A DNA stretch of 64,000 bases. Source: Mobula hypostoma (lineage: Eukaryota). The notes beneath the pieces were generated by a model, which did not search any database, was not told the origin of the DNA, and was given only the letters and a program-made list of their open reading frames with translations. The DNA is taken from assembly GCF_963921235.1 (NCBI RefSeq), contig NC_086097.1, positions 203,486,001 through 203,550,000 of the forward strand. Direction: 5' to 3'. A program made the position numbers and the translations under genes. This document shows, piece after piece, positions 25,136 to 36,599 of this stretch. Numbering within the stretch: position 1 is the first letter of the stretch; each line of letters begins with the position of its first letter.

Positions 25136-25654
25136 CTATGTCACAGGAATTAACAAACACACATCAGCCCAAAACCGTCTCTCACAATATTGGTCAGTTC
25201 TGTTGGCCAAAGTGATAAAAACACTCCATTTATTTTAGTTAATATGTTGGATTTTCCTCTGTCTATGTAATTTTTTTGTGTTAAGTCAATTAATGGTGGG
25301 TGAGGTGTTAGAAAGTACTTGACTGGTCTAATTTTTCCCACTTTCATGATGGTTGACACTCTTATTTGTCTGTTCCACTTTATAAAGTAAAAGGTCCATG
25401 CCACTTACAGTAAAGAGGCTGTTTGCCCTGTTAAAGAATGTCCTGAAAAAATATGCTTAATATTCACAACTTTCACGTATCTCATTTGGGAATTAATTAC
25501 AGGGTATAACAAGTGATAATCAACCAACTGCCTATTTCATACTCTGCTAAATTTTTATTTCCATTAATTAATTTTGAAGCTATGCCCCAGACAGGTCTAC
25601 TCTCAACAAAATGTGTAATTTTCCAGTCTTAAAAGTTAGACAAATGAGAAATAC

Positions 25655-25776
25655 CATGAAACATGCATTTAGTGATTTGAATTTGCGTGTCTCTAGGTGA
25701 GGAATGTCTGAAGGTGGAAACTGAACCAGTTGCCCACTGATATTTCTAGGGGTGGAAGAAGGGCATCTGTCAGTGA
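25655..25776 (-). pseudogene. Candidate exon (122 bp, phase 1 to 0, no stop)
   Basis: Acceptor atttctatatttctcag and donor gtattt; TDRCPSSTPRNISGQLVQFPPSDIPHLETRKFKSLNACFM. Confidence 0.65.
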
Positions 25777-26249
25777 CTGAGAAATATAGAAATATCAGGA
25801 AGGTTTGGATTCTCCCAAATCCCATTGTTGGATCCATACATATATTTCAAATTCAATTCCTAACACAGACTAATTGAAGGCAACACAGTAAAAGTCAAGT
25901 TTAAAGCAGGTCAAAGCCAGTATTCAAAATATTGCAAATTTAAATCACCTTGACCATCTCTCACCAGTTATAAGTAGAATTCTCGGCTTTGGTATCAGCA
26001 TCAACAATTTCCAAATCAAATATATAAAGGTTATGTGCAGCCTAAACACGTTCTACATTGACCCCAAAATGTTGGATCTATTGGAGCCCATAAAGCAGTT
26101 TTAGCTCATATTCCAAGCTATGCCAGAGACTTTTGTATAGCAGTTTACATAAATCTTTATCATTAAAGAGGAAATAATATGGAACTGGTGCAGGTACTGG
26201 AAGTCCTGTGTGTAGCTGAACCCAACTTGAGAAAGAAGGGGGGAAATTG

Positions 26250-26940
26250 TCATGGCAGCAAATGCTTTTGATGGAGAAAGTGGCAATGAAAAGAGTCAAA
26301 CACGAGGAAATTTGCAGATGCTGGAATTTCAAGCAGCACACATAAAAGTTGCTGGTGATCGCAGCAGACCAGGCAGCATCTATAGGAAGAGGTACAGTCG
26401 ATGTTTCAGGCCGAGACCCTTCGTCAGGACTAACTGAAAGAAGAGATAGTAAGAGATTTGAAAGCGGGAGGGGGAGGGGGAGATCCGAAATGATAGAAGA
26501 CAGGAGGGAGAGGGATGGAGCCAAGAGCTGGACAGTTGAGTGGCAAAAGGGATATGAGAGGATCATGGGACAGGAGGCCTAGGGAGAAGGAAAAGGGGGG
26601 GGGGGAAAAACCAGAGGATGGGCTGAGGGGGACAGAGGGAGAAAAAGGAGAGAGAGAAAAAGAATGTGTGTGTATATAAATAAATAACGGATGGGGTATG
26701 AGGGGGAGGTGGGTTACTAGCTCTTCTTTCAGTTAGCCCTGACGAAGGGTCTCGGCCCGAAACATCGACTGTACCTCTTCCTACTAATGAAAAGAGTCAT
26801 TTTGTTTCTTCAGAGACTAGAGACCGACCTAGCATATGAAGAAAAGGCACTTGACCAATTAGCAGCAGAGCTCATCCGAGTATCTGGATGTAGTGTCATG
26901 AGGTTTTATAACCTTTCACAAGTGATGAAGATCAGCAAAG
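26250..26940 (+). mobile_element. Decayed Myb/SANT-like (Harbinger accessory-protein type) coding remnant, split by a PLE insert
   Basis: LLMEKVAMKRVILF…ALDQLAAEL…PSIWM*C…FYNLSQVMK resembles the Myb/SANT pattern LVEEV..RR.VLF…WEEVAAEV…RTWMQCRKKFNDL, with frameshifts. Confidence 0.45.
26299..26785 (-). mobile_element. PLE terminal repeat plus inverted partial copy, carrying two hammerhead motifs
   Basis: 14-bp TSD AATGAAAAGAGTCA (26285-26298, 26786-26799); CTGACGA…GAAACATC on the minus strand at 26396-26431 and on the plus strand at 26735-26770. Confidence 0.92.
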
Positions 26941-27145
26941 ACATCTTCCAACACTCCCATAACATTAATGACAATTCAGGAATGTTCAATACACCAAACC
27001 CCATCACTAACCCTTCATTAGTCTCAAGCAATCAGGACTTGTGTCCAATATGCTTCACCAAAGCTTTACTGTTGCAATCTTTTCAACCGCAGCTCGCAGC
27101 TTGCACAATGGCCAGTTCAGCTGTGACAACTGATACTCTTTAGAC

Positions 27146-28385
27146 CAGCGGTCCCCAACCACCGGGCTGCGGACCGGTACCGGGCCGAAAAGCAGGAGCT
27201 ACCGGGCCGTGAGGAAACGATATGATTTGGCGATATGACTCAGCTGCACCTTTCCTCATTCCCTGTCACGCCCACTGTTGAGCTTGAACGCACGCAAGGT
27301 CATTACGCATGCGAGGTCATTACCCATGCGTCATTCATGTCAGCGCGGGAAGGAGAGCAACTCCTCGAGCTTGCAAATGACGGCAGGCTGAAAAGTATGT
27401 TTGACACAACATCTCTGCCAGCATTCTGGATCAAAGTCAAGGCTAACTATCCTGAGATAGCCACGAAAGCACTGAAAACGTTGCTTCCATTTCCAACATA
27501 TCTCTGCAATGAATGCAACGAAAACTAAACTGCGGAATAGACTGGACATAAGGAACCCCCTTCGAGTATCGCTGTCTCCCATCACCCCTCAATGGGACCA
27601 TCTTGTTGCAGGGAAACAAGCCCAGGGCTCCCACTGATTCAGCGATATTGGTGTGTTGCAATGATTTTATATGTTCATATGAGGAAAATATGTGCTGTGT
27701 GTTTAATATCCAAACGTTACTTAAAATGATGCTGTTGAATTATAAGTGACTTATATAACCATATAACAATTACAGCATGGAAACTGGCCATCTCTGCCCT
27801 TCTAGTCCATGCTGAATGCTACTCTCACCTAGTCCCACTGACCTGCACTCAACCCATAATCCTCCATTCCTTTCCTGTCCATATAGCTATCCAATTTTTC
27901 TTTAAATGATAATATGGAACCTGCCTCTACCACTTCTACTGGAAGTTTGTTCAACACTTACTTCAAGCTCCCCTGTCCTCCCCTGATAATTGACTTATCA
28001 CTATATTCATGCGAGGAAAATATGCGCTGTGTGTTTAATGTTAAATTCGTTAGATAAACCATTTTAGAAATGAAATTGAGCGTATTAGCACCTTATCACC
28101 TATATTCCGGTCGTGAATAACCCCCCTCCCGAACAGAATCGCCAAAAACGATTTGTTGAGAAAAATCAGCACAAACACACATTCGCTAGTCACGCACGCG
28201 CACTGGTGCCCGCGCAAGGCTTCATGGTTATTGTAGTCTTTTTTGGGGTAAGCTCAACGTATTTGACTGCTACTCTTGTCCGTTGACACCCCTACCCCCG
28301 CCCCCCCCACCCCGGATCGGCCAGTCCGCAAGATTATTGTCAATATTAAACCGGTCCGCAGTGCAAAAAAGGTTGGGGACCCCTG
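27146..28385 (+). mobile_element. Non-autonomous hAT (Charlie/Buster-type) element with a transposase C-terminal remnant
   Basis: TIRs CAGCGGTCCCCAACC…GGTTGGGGACCCCTG; 8-bp TSD CTTTAGAC; hAT dimerisation-region peptide SLPAFWIKVKANYPEIATKALKTLLPFPTYLC…TKTKLRNRLDI…KQAQGSH*. Confidence 0.95.
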
Positions 28386-29214
28386 CTTTAGACAATATCC
28401 ACTCAGAGAAGATGGCACTATCTTAACTAATAAGAGGAAGTGATCCAACTATCCACCATGGAGAATAGACTATGTCATTAACTGAGTGCTAATACCGAGG
28501 CCGTGCTTAGCAGAAGAGCTGAAATTGTTGAAGACCATAAGACATAGGAGCAGAATTAGGCCATTTGGCCCATAGAGCCTGCTCTGCCATTCCATCATGG
28601 CTGATTTATTATCCTTCTTATCACCTTTCTCCTCTCTTCTCCCTGTAAACCTTGGTACACTGACTAATCAAAAACCTATGAGCCTCTGGTTTAAGTATAT
28701 TCAATGACTTGACCTCCACAGCCATCCGTGGCAATGAATTCCATAGATTCACCAATCTCTGGCTAGAGAAACTTCTCCTCATCTCTGTTCTAAATGGACA
28801 TCTTTATTTTGAGGCTGTGTCATCTAGTCTTAGATTCACCCACTATAGAAAACATCCTCTGTGTATCCACTCTGATGAGGCTTTTCATTATTCAATAGGT
28901 TTGAATGAGATACCCACTCATTCTCCTAAACTCCAGTGAGTACAGGCCCAGACCCATCAAACGGTCCTCATATGTTAACCCTTTCATTCCCAGAATCATT
29001 CTTGTGAGCTCCTCCGGACCTTCTCCAATGCCAGCACATCTTTTCTTAGATAAAGGGTCCAAAATTGCTCATGATACTCTGTGTGGTCTGACCAATTCCT
29101 TATAAAGCCTCAATATCACATCCTTGTTCTTATATTCCAGCGCTGTCAAAATAAATGCTAATGTTGCAATTGCCTTTCTTACCACTGACTCAACCTGCAA
29201 GTTAACCTCTAGGA

Positions 29215-29402
29215 CAGTGGTCCCCAACCTCCGGGCCGCGGACCAATACCGGGCTGTGAAGAATGCAGTGGTGTAGCGGCACCTAATTAATTAGCTTGTT
29301 TATTTTGGCTTTTTTCTTAAAGATGTGCTGGGTGCATTCCGGCTACCGCTGCATTCTACGTATCCCGGTATCGGTCTGCAGCCCGGAGGTTGAGGACCAC
29401 TG
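29215..29402. mobile_element. hAT fold-back MITE, same family as 4940-5211, internally deleted
   Basis: CAGTGGTCCCCAACC…GGTTGAGGACCACTG; perfect TSD CTCTAGGA (29207-29214, 29403-29410). Confidence 0.95.
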
Positions 29403-29845
29403 CTCTAGGAAATCCTGCACAAGGACTCCCTAGCCCCTTTGCACCTTTGATTTTTGAGTTTTCTTCCCGTTTTGAAAAATATCCTATACCTTTATTCCTT
29501 CTACCAAAGTCCATGGCCATACATTCCCCTATACTATATTCTATTTGCCACTTCTTTGCATATTTTCCCAATCTGTCCAAGTCCTGCTGCAAACTCCCTG
29601 CTTCCTCAACCCTACTTGATCTCCACCCATCTTTGTATCATCTGCAAATCTGGCCAGAAAACCACCTTTTCTGCCTCTTTTCTTTTCTGTCTGGTTCAGG
29701 TGACTTATCTACCTTCAGTCCTTTTAGCTTCCCAAACACCTTCCTCTTAGTAATAGCAACTACATCAATTTCTGCCCTCTGGCATTGTCAACTAGTCTGG
29801 CAGCCAACCAGAATAGACCCCATTATTCCCACTCTTTGCCTCCTG

Positions 29846-30046
29846 CATCTGTGCTGGTGGTGTAGTGGTATCTGCACCTGGACTTCAGAACCAGAGGTCC
29901 CAGGTTCAAATCCGACTGGCTCCTTGCCTGCTTTCCATTCATGCTGGGTCGAGCATCAAGCTAGCGGCTTGATCTCGTAAAACGGACAACCGCTAAAGAA
30001 ACAGCAAGGTTGCTGCCCAATGTGCCAAACAAGGCACGGGGAGGAA
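29846..30046 (+). mobile_element. tRNA-derived SINE
   Basis: Pol III box A TGGTGTAGTGG (29858) and box B GGTTCAAATCC (29903), followed by a non-tRNA body; approximate TSD TTTGCCTCCTG/TTTGGCCTCTTG. Confidence 0.8.
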
Positions 30047-31927
30047 TTTGGCCTCTTGGAAATCAGCCAATCTCTGTGCTGGTTTATTTTCTGTAATACC
30101 ATGTACTCTTATTTTGTTAAGCAGCCTCATATGCAGCACTTTTTCAAAGGCCTTCTGAAAATCCATGTAAACAAAATCCACTAACTGTTCTTTGTTTATC
30201 CTGCTTATTATCTCCTCTAAGAATTTCAACATATTTGTCAGGCAAGATTTCCCCTGAAGGAAAACATGCTGACTTTGGCCCATTTTATCACGTGCCTCCA
30301 AGTACTCTGAAACCTCATCCTTAATAAGCATCTTTCCAACCACAGAAGTCAGGCTCTCTGGCCTATAATTTCTCTTCTTCTGCCTCCTCTGCCCCCTTCT
30401 TAAAGAGTGGAGTGACATTTTCAATTTTCCCATCTCTGGAACCATTCCAGAATCTAGTAATTCTCGAAAGATCATTACTAATGGGTCCACAATCTCTTCA
30501 GCTACCTCTTTCATAACCCTGTCTGGTTCAGGTGACATATCTATCTTCAGTCCTTTTAGCTTCTCAAGCACCTTCCTCTTAGTAATAACAACTACATCAG
30601 TTTCTGCCCTCTGGCATTGTCAAATTTCTGGCACACATGTCTTCCACAATGAAGACTGATGCAATTTACTTATTCCATTCATCCACCATTTTTTTGTCCT
30701 CCAGTACTACCTTTCCAGTGTTGTTTTTCAGCAGTCTGATACCTACTCTTGTCTCTTTTTTACACCTAATATACCTTTAAAAACTTCGCTATCCTCTTTT
30801 ATATTATTGGCTAGCTTACCTTCATATTTCATCTTTTCTCTCCTATGGCTTTTTAGTTACCATTTGTTGGTTTTTAAAAGCTTCCCAATCCTCCAGCTTC
30901 CTACTAATTTTTGCTATATTATGTGTCCTCTCTATTGCTTTTACGCTGTCTTTGATTCCCCTTGTCAGCTACAGTTGCCTCATTCTTCCTTTCAAATACC
31001 TCTTCATCTTTGAGATGTATCTTTCCTGTGCCTTCCAAATTGCTTCCAGTTTTCTGCCGTTATCCCTGCTAGTGTCCCCTACTGATCAACTTAGGTCAGC
31101 TCCTTTCTCATACCTTTGTAATTCCCTTTACTCCACTGTAATGCTGATATATCTGACTTTATCTTCTCCCTCTCTAACTGCATGGTGAATTCTATCATAT
31201 TATGATCACTGTCTCCCAAAGGTTCCTTTACCTTAAACTCCCCAATCAAATGTGATTCACTACACAACACAACACCCAATCCAGAACTGCATTGCCCCTA
31301 GTGGGCTCAACCACAATCTGCTCTAAAAAGCTATCTCATATGCATTCAACAAATTCCCTCTCTTGGGATCCAGCACCAGCCTAATTTTCCCAATCTACCT
31401 GCATATTGAAATCCCCCATGACTATTGTAACATTGCTTTTATTACATGTCTTTTCTACTTCCTGTTGAAATTTATATCACACATCCTTTCTGCTGTTCAG
31501 GTCCTGTCTACAACTCCTATCAGTGACTTTTTACCCTTGCAGTTTCTTAACTCTACCCACAAGGATTCAACATCTTCCAGTCCTATGTCACCTCTTTTTA
31601 AGCATTTGATTTCGTATTTACCAACAGAGCCACCTTGACCACTCTGCCTATTCTGAGAGTAACATCTTTTCTTCTCATGTTCCATTTCTTCCCTTTCCCA
31701 TAATCTCTTTTGATTTGTAGCTACAGTAAGCGTGCACCTTTCCTTCCGACCTTCTCATATCCCACCCTTCCCCAAACTCCACCCCTGCCTTTGACGAGTG
31801 AGCCTTTCAGATATCTAAGGAGACCTAACCAGGCAGTAGAGGAAGATAATGAAGAAAGTGAGTTGGAAAACATATGTTAATTTTGTTTCGCTCTCATGGT
31901 CACCATCTCCAATACCAGCACTCTCAC

Positions 31928-32003
31928 AAGATAGAGGATAGGTGTCTTGTGGAAGTTGAAGATGGGTGAGTTTTGGCACATATAGGTGTTGCAGGTGTTG
32001 CAT
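31928..32003 (-). pseudogene. Candidate pseudo-exon with a lost acceptor (ttttttttaa)
   Basis: MQHLQHLYVPKLTHLQLPQDTYPLS then T|gtgaga; phase 0 to 1 fits its neighbours. Confidence 0.4.
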
Positions 32004-32541
32004 TTAAAAAAAAGAACAGTAGATATTAAAGATATGGACCTAAAATATTGGTTACTTTTTTGACCAAAATTTGCACTGATATAATAATTTTTTCAAAGAA
32101 GTTTTATACTTTGGAAAATAGTAAATTCTGGGTAGATGGATCTTTCTTCTATTTCTATTGTGGTACTAGAATTGAGGTTAAATATCACCATAATCTTGGC
32201 CAGTGAGGATTCTTGCTGCACATCCATAATGTTTTCTAATTAGCAGAATGGTTCCTTAAGGTGTTCATAGCCGGGGGGGTTTGGAGATAAACTCCCACTA
32301 CCTATTATGCTCCCAACGGAGTGCATCTGAAATAACCTCTGTCAACCAAGTCCAGCTCCTGGCCTTCACGTGTGGCTTAGCTATTAAGTCCTGCGGAACC
32401 ATTTTTACTGACAGGAGAAGGGTGCAAAGTGGGCTACTGGTGCCTTAAAACCAGTCGCTTCAGGCAAATGGTGCATGTCAGCCAGGGTTGACAGCTCATC
32501 TTGAAGAAAGAAAACCTGATCTCAAACCTCTGCTGCCTTGC

Positions 32542-34893
32542 AGAAATAAGGTGGATGATCTTGCTGCACTATTACAGATTATCAGGTATGATGTTGTGGC
32601 CATCGTTGAATTGTGGCTGGAGGATAGTTGTAGTTGGAATCTGAACGTCTAAGATTACACGTTGTATCAGAGGGATAGGAAGGTAGGTAGAGGGGGTGGT
32701 GTGGCTCTGCTGGTAAAGAATGACAATCAAGTCAGTTGAAAGATGTGATATAGGATCGGGAGATGTTGAATCCTTGTTGGTTGAGGAACTGCAAGGGTAA
32801 AAGGACCCTGATGGCAGTTATATACAGGTCTCCCAACAGTAGGTGGGATGTGGACCACAGATTACAATGGGAAATAGAAAAGGCATGTCAAAAGAGCAAT
32901 GTTATGATAATCGTGGGAGATTTCAACATGTCGATTGGGAAAATCAGGTTGGTAATGGATCTCAAGAGAGTGAGTTTGTTGAATGCCTACAAGATGGCTT
33001 CTTAGAACAGTTTGTCGTTGAGCCTACTAGGGGATCAGCTATACTGGATTGGGTGTTATGTAATGAACTGGAGGTGATTTGGAAGCTGAAGGTAAAAGAA
33101 CCCTCGGGAGGCAGTGATCACAATATGATTGAGTTCAACGAAATTTGATAGGGAGAAAGTGAAGTCTGATATAGCAGTCTTTTAGTGGAGTAAAGGAAAT
33201 TACAGAGGTATGAGAGAGGATTTGGCCAAAGTAAATTGGAATGAGCTGCTGGCAGTGATGACAGCAGGGCAGCAATGGTGTGAATTTCTGGGAAAGATGA
33301 GGAAGGTGCAGGATAGAGGTATTCCAAAAAAAAAGTGGATAGGGAAAACTTTTTAAAAGTATGTAAATAATAAAGGAGAGATCAGAGTGGATATAGGACT
33401 GCTAGAAAATGAGGCTAGAGAAATAATAATGGGGGGCAAGGAGATGGCAGATGAACTAGATGAGTATATTGCATCAGTCTTCACTGTGCAAGACACAAGC
33501 AGTGTGCCAGATTTTGAAGGCTGTAAGGGAAGAGAAGTGAGTGCAATTACTATTACAAGGGAGATAAAGACCCAAGGATACATAAGTCACCTGGGTCAGA
33601 TGAACTGCATCCTAGAGTTCTGAAAGAGGTAGCAGTGGAGATTGTGGAGGCATTAGTAATGATCGTTCAAAAATTGTTGAACTCTGACATGGTGCCAGAG
33701 GACTGGAAAATTGCAAATGTCATTTCACCCTTTAAGAAAGGAGGAAGGCAGTAGAAAGTAAACTATAGACCAGTTAGCCTGACCTCAGTGATTAGGAAGA
33801 TGGAGTCAATTGTTAAGGATAAGATTGTGGAGAACTTGGGGACACAGGACAAGATAGGACAAAGTCAACATGGTTTCCTTGAGGGAAAATTTTGCCTGAC
33901 GAACCCATTGGAATTCTTTGAGGAGATTACAAGTAGGATAGATAAAAAGTATGCAGTGGATATTGTATATTTGGACTTTCAGAAGGCTTTTGACAAGGTG
34001 CCACACATGACGCTGTTTACCAAGTTAAGAGCCCATGGTATTACAGGAAAGTTACTAGCATTGGCTGATTGGTAGGGAGCAGTGAGTGGGAATAAAAGGA
34101 TCCTTTTCTGGTTGGCTGCCGGCAACTAATGGTGTTCCTCAGGTATTGGTGTTGGGACCACTTCTTTTGATGCTGTATATCAATGGTTTAGATGATGGAA
34201 ATAGATGGCTTTGTAGCCAAGTTTTCAGATGATACAAAGATTCATGGAGGGGCAGGTAGGCTACAGGACTTAGATTAGGAGAATAGGCAAGAAAGTGGCA
34301 AATGAAATACAATCTTGCAAAATGCATGGTCACATACTTTGGTAGAAGAAATAAGTATGCAGACTACTTTCTAAATGCGGAGAAAATCCAAAAATCTGAG
34401 ATGCAAAGGACTTTGGGGTCCTTGTGCAAAACAACCTAAAGATTAACATGCAGGTCGGGTTGGTGGTGAGGAAGGCAAATGCATACTCAGTGGAATTTAG
34501 AAAGATGGGGGTGGGGGAATTTCATTGAAACCTTGCAAATGTTGAAAGGCCTAGACATGGTAGATTGTGGAAAGGATGTTTCCCATGGAGGGGCAGTCTA
34601 GGGTAAGAGAGCACAACCTTGGGATAGAGGGGCGTCCACTTGAAACAGATGTGGAGAAATTCCTTTAGCCAGAGGGCGGTGAATTTTTGGAATTTATTAC
34701 TGCAAGCAGCCATGGAGGTCAGGTTGTTGGGTGTACTTAAGGAAGAGCTTGATAGGTTCTAGATTGAACACAGCATCAAAGGTTATGGGGAGTGGGGCTG
34801 CGGAGGTGAAGGAAAGATCAGCCATAATTAAATGGCAGAGCAGGTTCGATAAGCCAAATGGCCTAATTTGCTCCTATGTCTTATGGTCCTGTG
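32542..34893 (+). mobile_element. CR1 LINE ORF2 (APE start to 3' end) with deletions
   Basis: RNKVDDL; IVGDFN; EPTRGSAILDWVLCN; QSQHGFLEGK; YLDFQKAFDKVPH; tail GTCTTATGGTCC. Confidence 0.92.
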
Positions 34894-35118
34894 GTCTACC
34901 CACTCATGGGGAAGGCTTCACAAGGAGGAAAAATTTGAAAATGGAGCCCCTAAGGCAGTCCTATGTTGAGTTCAACACTGACTGGAACCTCCTGCAAAAA
35001 TGTATCAGTCTTTTCTATTCCTTTGGATTCATCAGCTGCATGTAGAGTTTGGTGCCTGCTGCATGGGCAACAGCTTGCTCTCCATATCATACTGCTGTGG
35101 CTTGCATATCACGTAGGC

Positions 35119-35988
35119 CAATGAATGCAACGAAAACTAAACTGAGGAATAGACTGGACATAAGGAACCCCCTTCAAGTATCACTGTCTCCCATCACCCC
35201 TCGATAGGACTGTCTTGTTGCAGGGAAACAAGCCCAGGGCTCCCACTGATTCAGCGATATTGATGCGTTGCAATGATTTTATATGTTCATACGTGGAAAA
35301 TATGTGCTGTGTGTTTAATATCCAAACGTTACTTAAAATGTTATGATGCTACTGACTTATTTATGTAAACATATAACAATTACAGCACGGAAACAGGCCA
35401 TCTCCGCCCTTCTAGCCCGTGCTGAACGCTACTCTCACCTAGTCCTTCTGACCTGCACTCAGCCCATAACCCTCCATTTCTCTCCTGTCTATATATCTAT
35501 CCAATTTTTCGTTAAATGATAATATCGAACCTGCCTCTGCCACTTCTACTGGAAGTTTGTTCAACACTTACCTCAAGCTCCCTGTCCTCACCGATAATTG
35601 ACCTATCACTATATTCATGCGAGGAAATTATGCGCTGTGTGTTTAATATTAAATTCGTTAGATAAGCCCTTTTAGAAACAAAATTGAGTGTATTAGCCAC
35701 CTATCACCTATATTCCGGTCGTGATTAACACCCCCCGCCCCCCCCGAACAGAATGGACAAAACCGATTTGCAGAGAAAAAAATCGGCAGGTATACGCATG
35801 CGCACTGGTGTCTGCGCAAGACTTCATGGTAATTGTAGTCTTTCTCTGGGTAAACACAACGTATTTGACTGCTACTCTTGTCCGTTGGCAACCCTAGCCA
35901 CCACCCCGCCCACCCCGGGTCGGCTGGTCCGCAAGAATATTGTCAATATTAAACTGGTCCGCAGTGCAAAAAAGGTTGGGGACCTCTG
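35119..35988 (+). mobile_element. Second copy of the 27146 hAT element, left TIR deleted
   Basis: Highly similar to 27507-28385; right TIR GGTTGGGGACCTCTG; TSD ACGTAGGC on both sides (35111-35118, 35989-35996). Confidence 0.93.
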
Positions 35989-36296
35989 ACGTAGGCAGCT
36001 AGGATGTAATATCCGTGGTTGACTCTGCCCAATGGAGGGCTGAAAAATGACTAAAGAGAACAGATACTTTAAAAGTATTCTTTAAGAATAAATAATTAAG
36101 ATATACCAGGACCATTTTCTGGATATTTCTTCAAAGGTTCTTTTAAATGGACACTGTAACTTGTAGGTTGTAGGTTAAAGTGTAGGTTGAAAGAAATAGC
36201 ATAAGCAAGGCTTCTATTAAATTTTCACTTATGGCCTGACATTCAACCATGGAGCAGTTGAAGAAACTCCTAACAATCTGCATTACCATTCCCTGC

Positions 36297-36599
36297 AAAA
36301 TGCTGGAGGAACTCAGCAGGCCAAGCAACATCTATGGAAAAGAGTCAACCCTGCCTGGCAACTCCTGTGATGCTGCTGGTGCCGAATTGTATTGGTCTCT
36401 GCAGCTCCTTTGGATTCACCAGCTTCCTGGAGAGTTTGAAGCCTGCTGCCGGGCAACAGCTTGCTCTCCATATTGTACTGCCCTGGCTTGAGTACCATCT
36501 ACTCTTTTCCATAGATGCTGCCTGGCCTGCTGAGTTCCTCCAGCATTGTGTGTGTGTGTGTTACTTGGATTTCCAACATCAGCAGATTTTCTCATCTTC
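36297..36599. mobile_element. Palindromic PLE terminal-repeat insertion enclosing a foreign SINE-like fragment
   Basis: 13-bp TSD TACCATTCCCTGC (36284-36296, 36600-36612); the centre 36346-36500 matches 34970-35110. Confidence 0.88.

Larger units (their letters stand above)
28531..31652 (-). mobile_element. CR1 LINE ORF2 (APE to RT to 3' end), degraded
   Basis: ESLWVELRNCKGKK; KEPLGDSDHNMIEF; YMDFQKAF; 3' tail AAGACCATAAGACATAGG on the plus strand. Confidence 0.92.
32258..36040 (+). mobile_element. RTE-5'UTR-like non-autonomous retroelement split into three pieces (32258-32541, ~34891-35118, 35997-36040)
   Basis: Motif GAAGAAAGAAAACCTGATCTCAAACC resembles RTE 5' UTRs; the non-coding sequence resumes at CTACCCACTCATGGGGAAGG after the CR1 and again across the hAT TSD. 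Joining the first two pieces is inference. Confidence 0.6.

Noticed and set aside
29846..29920. Possible tRNA gene
   Set aside because: A and B boxes are present, but there is no clean cloverleaf or terminator; it continues into a SINE body inserted in a CR1.
35020..35045. CTGATGA on the minus strand (possible hammerhead)
   Set aside because: No properly placed stem II, GAAA and cleavage triplet.
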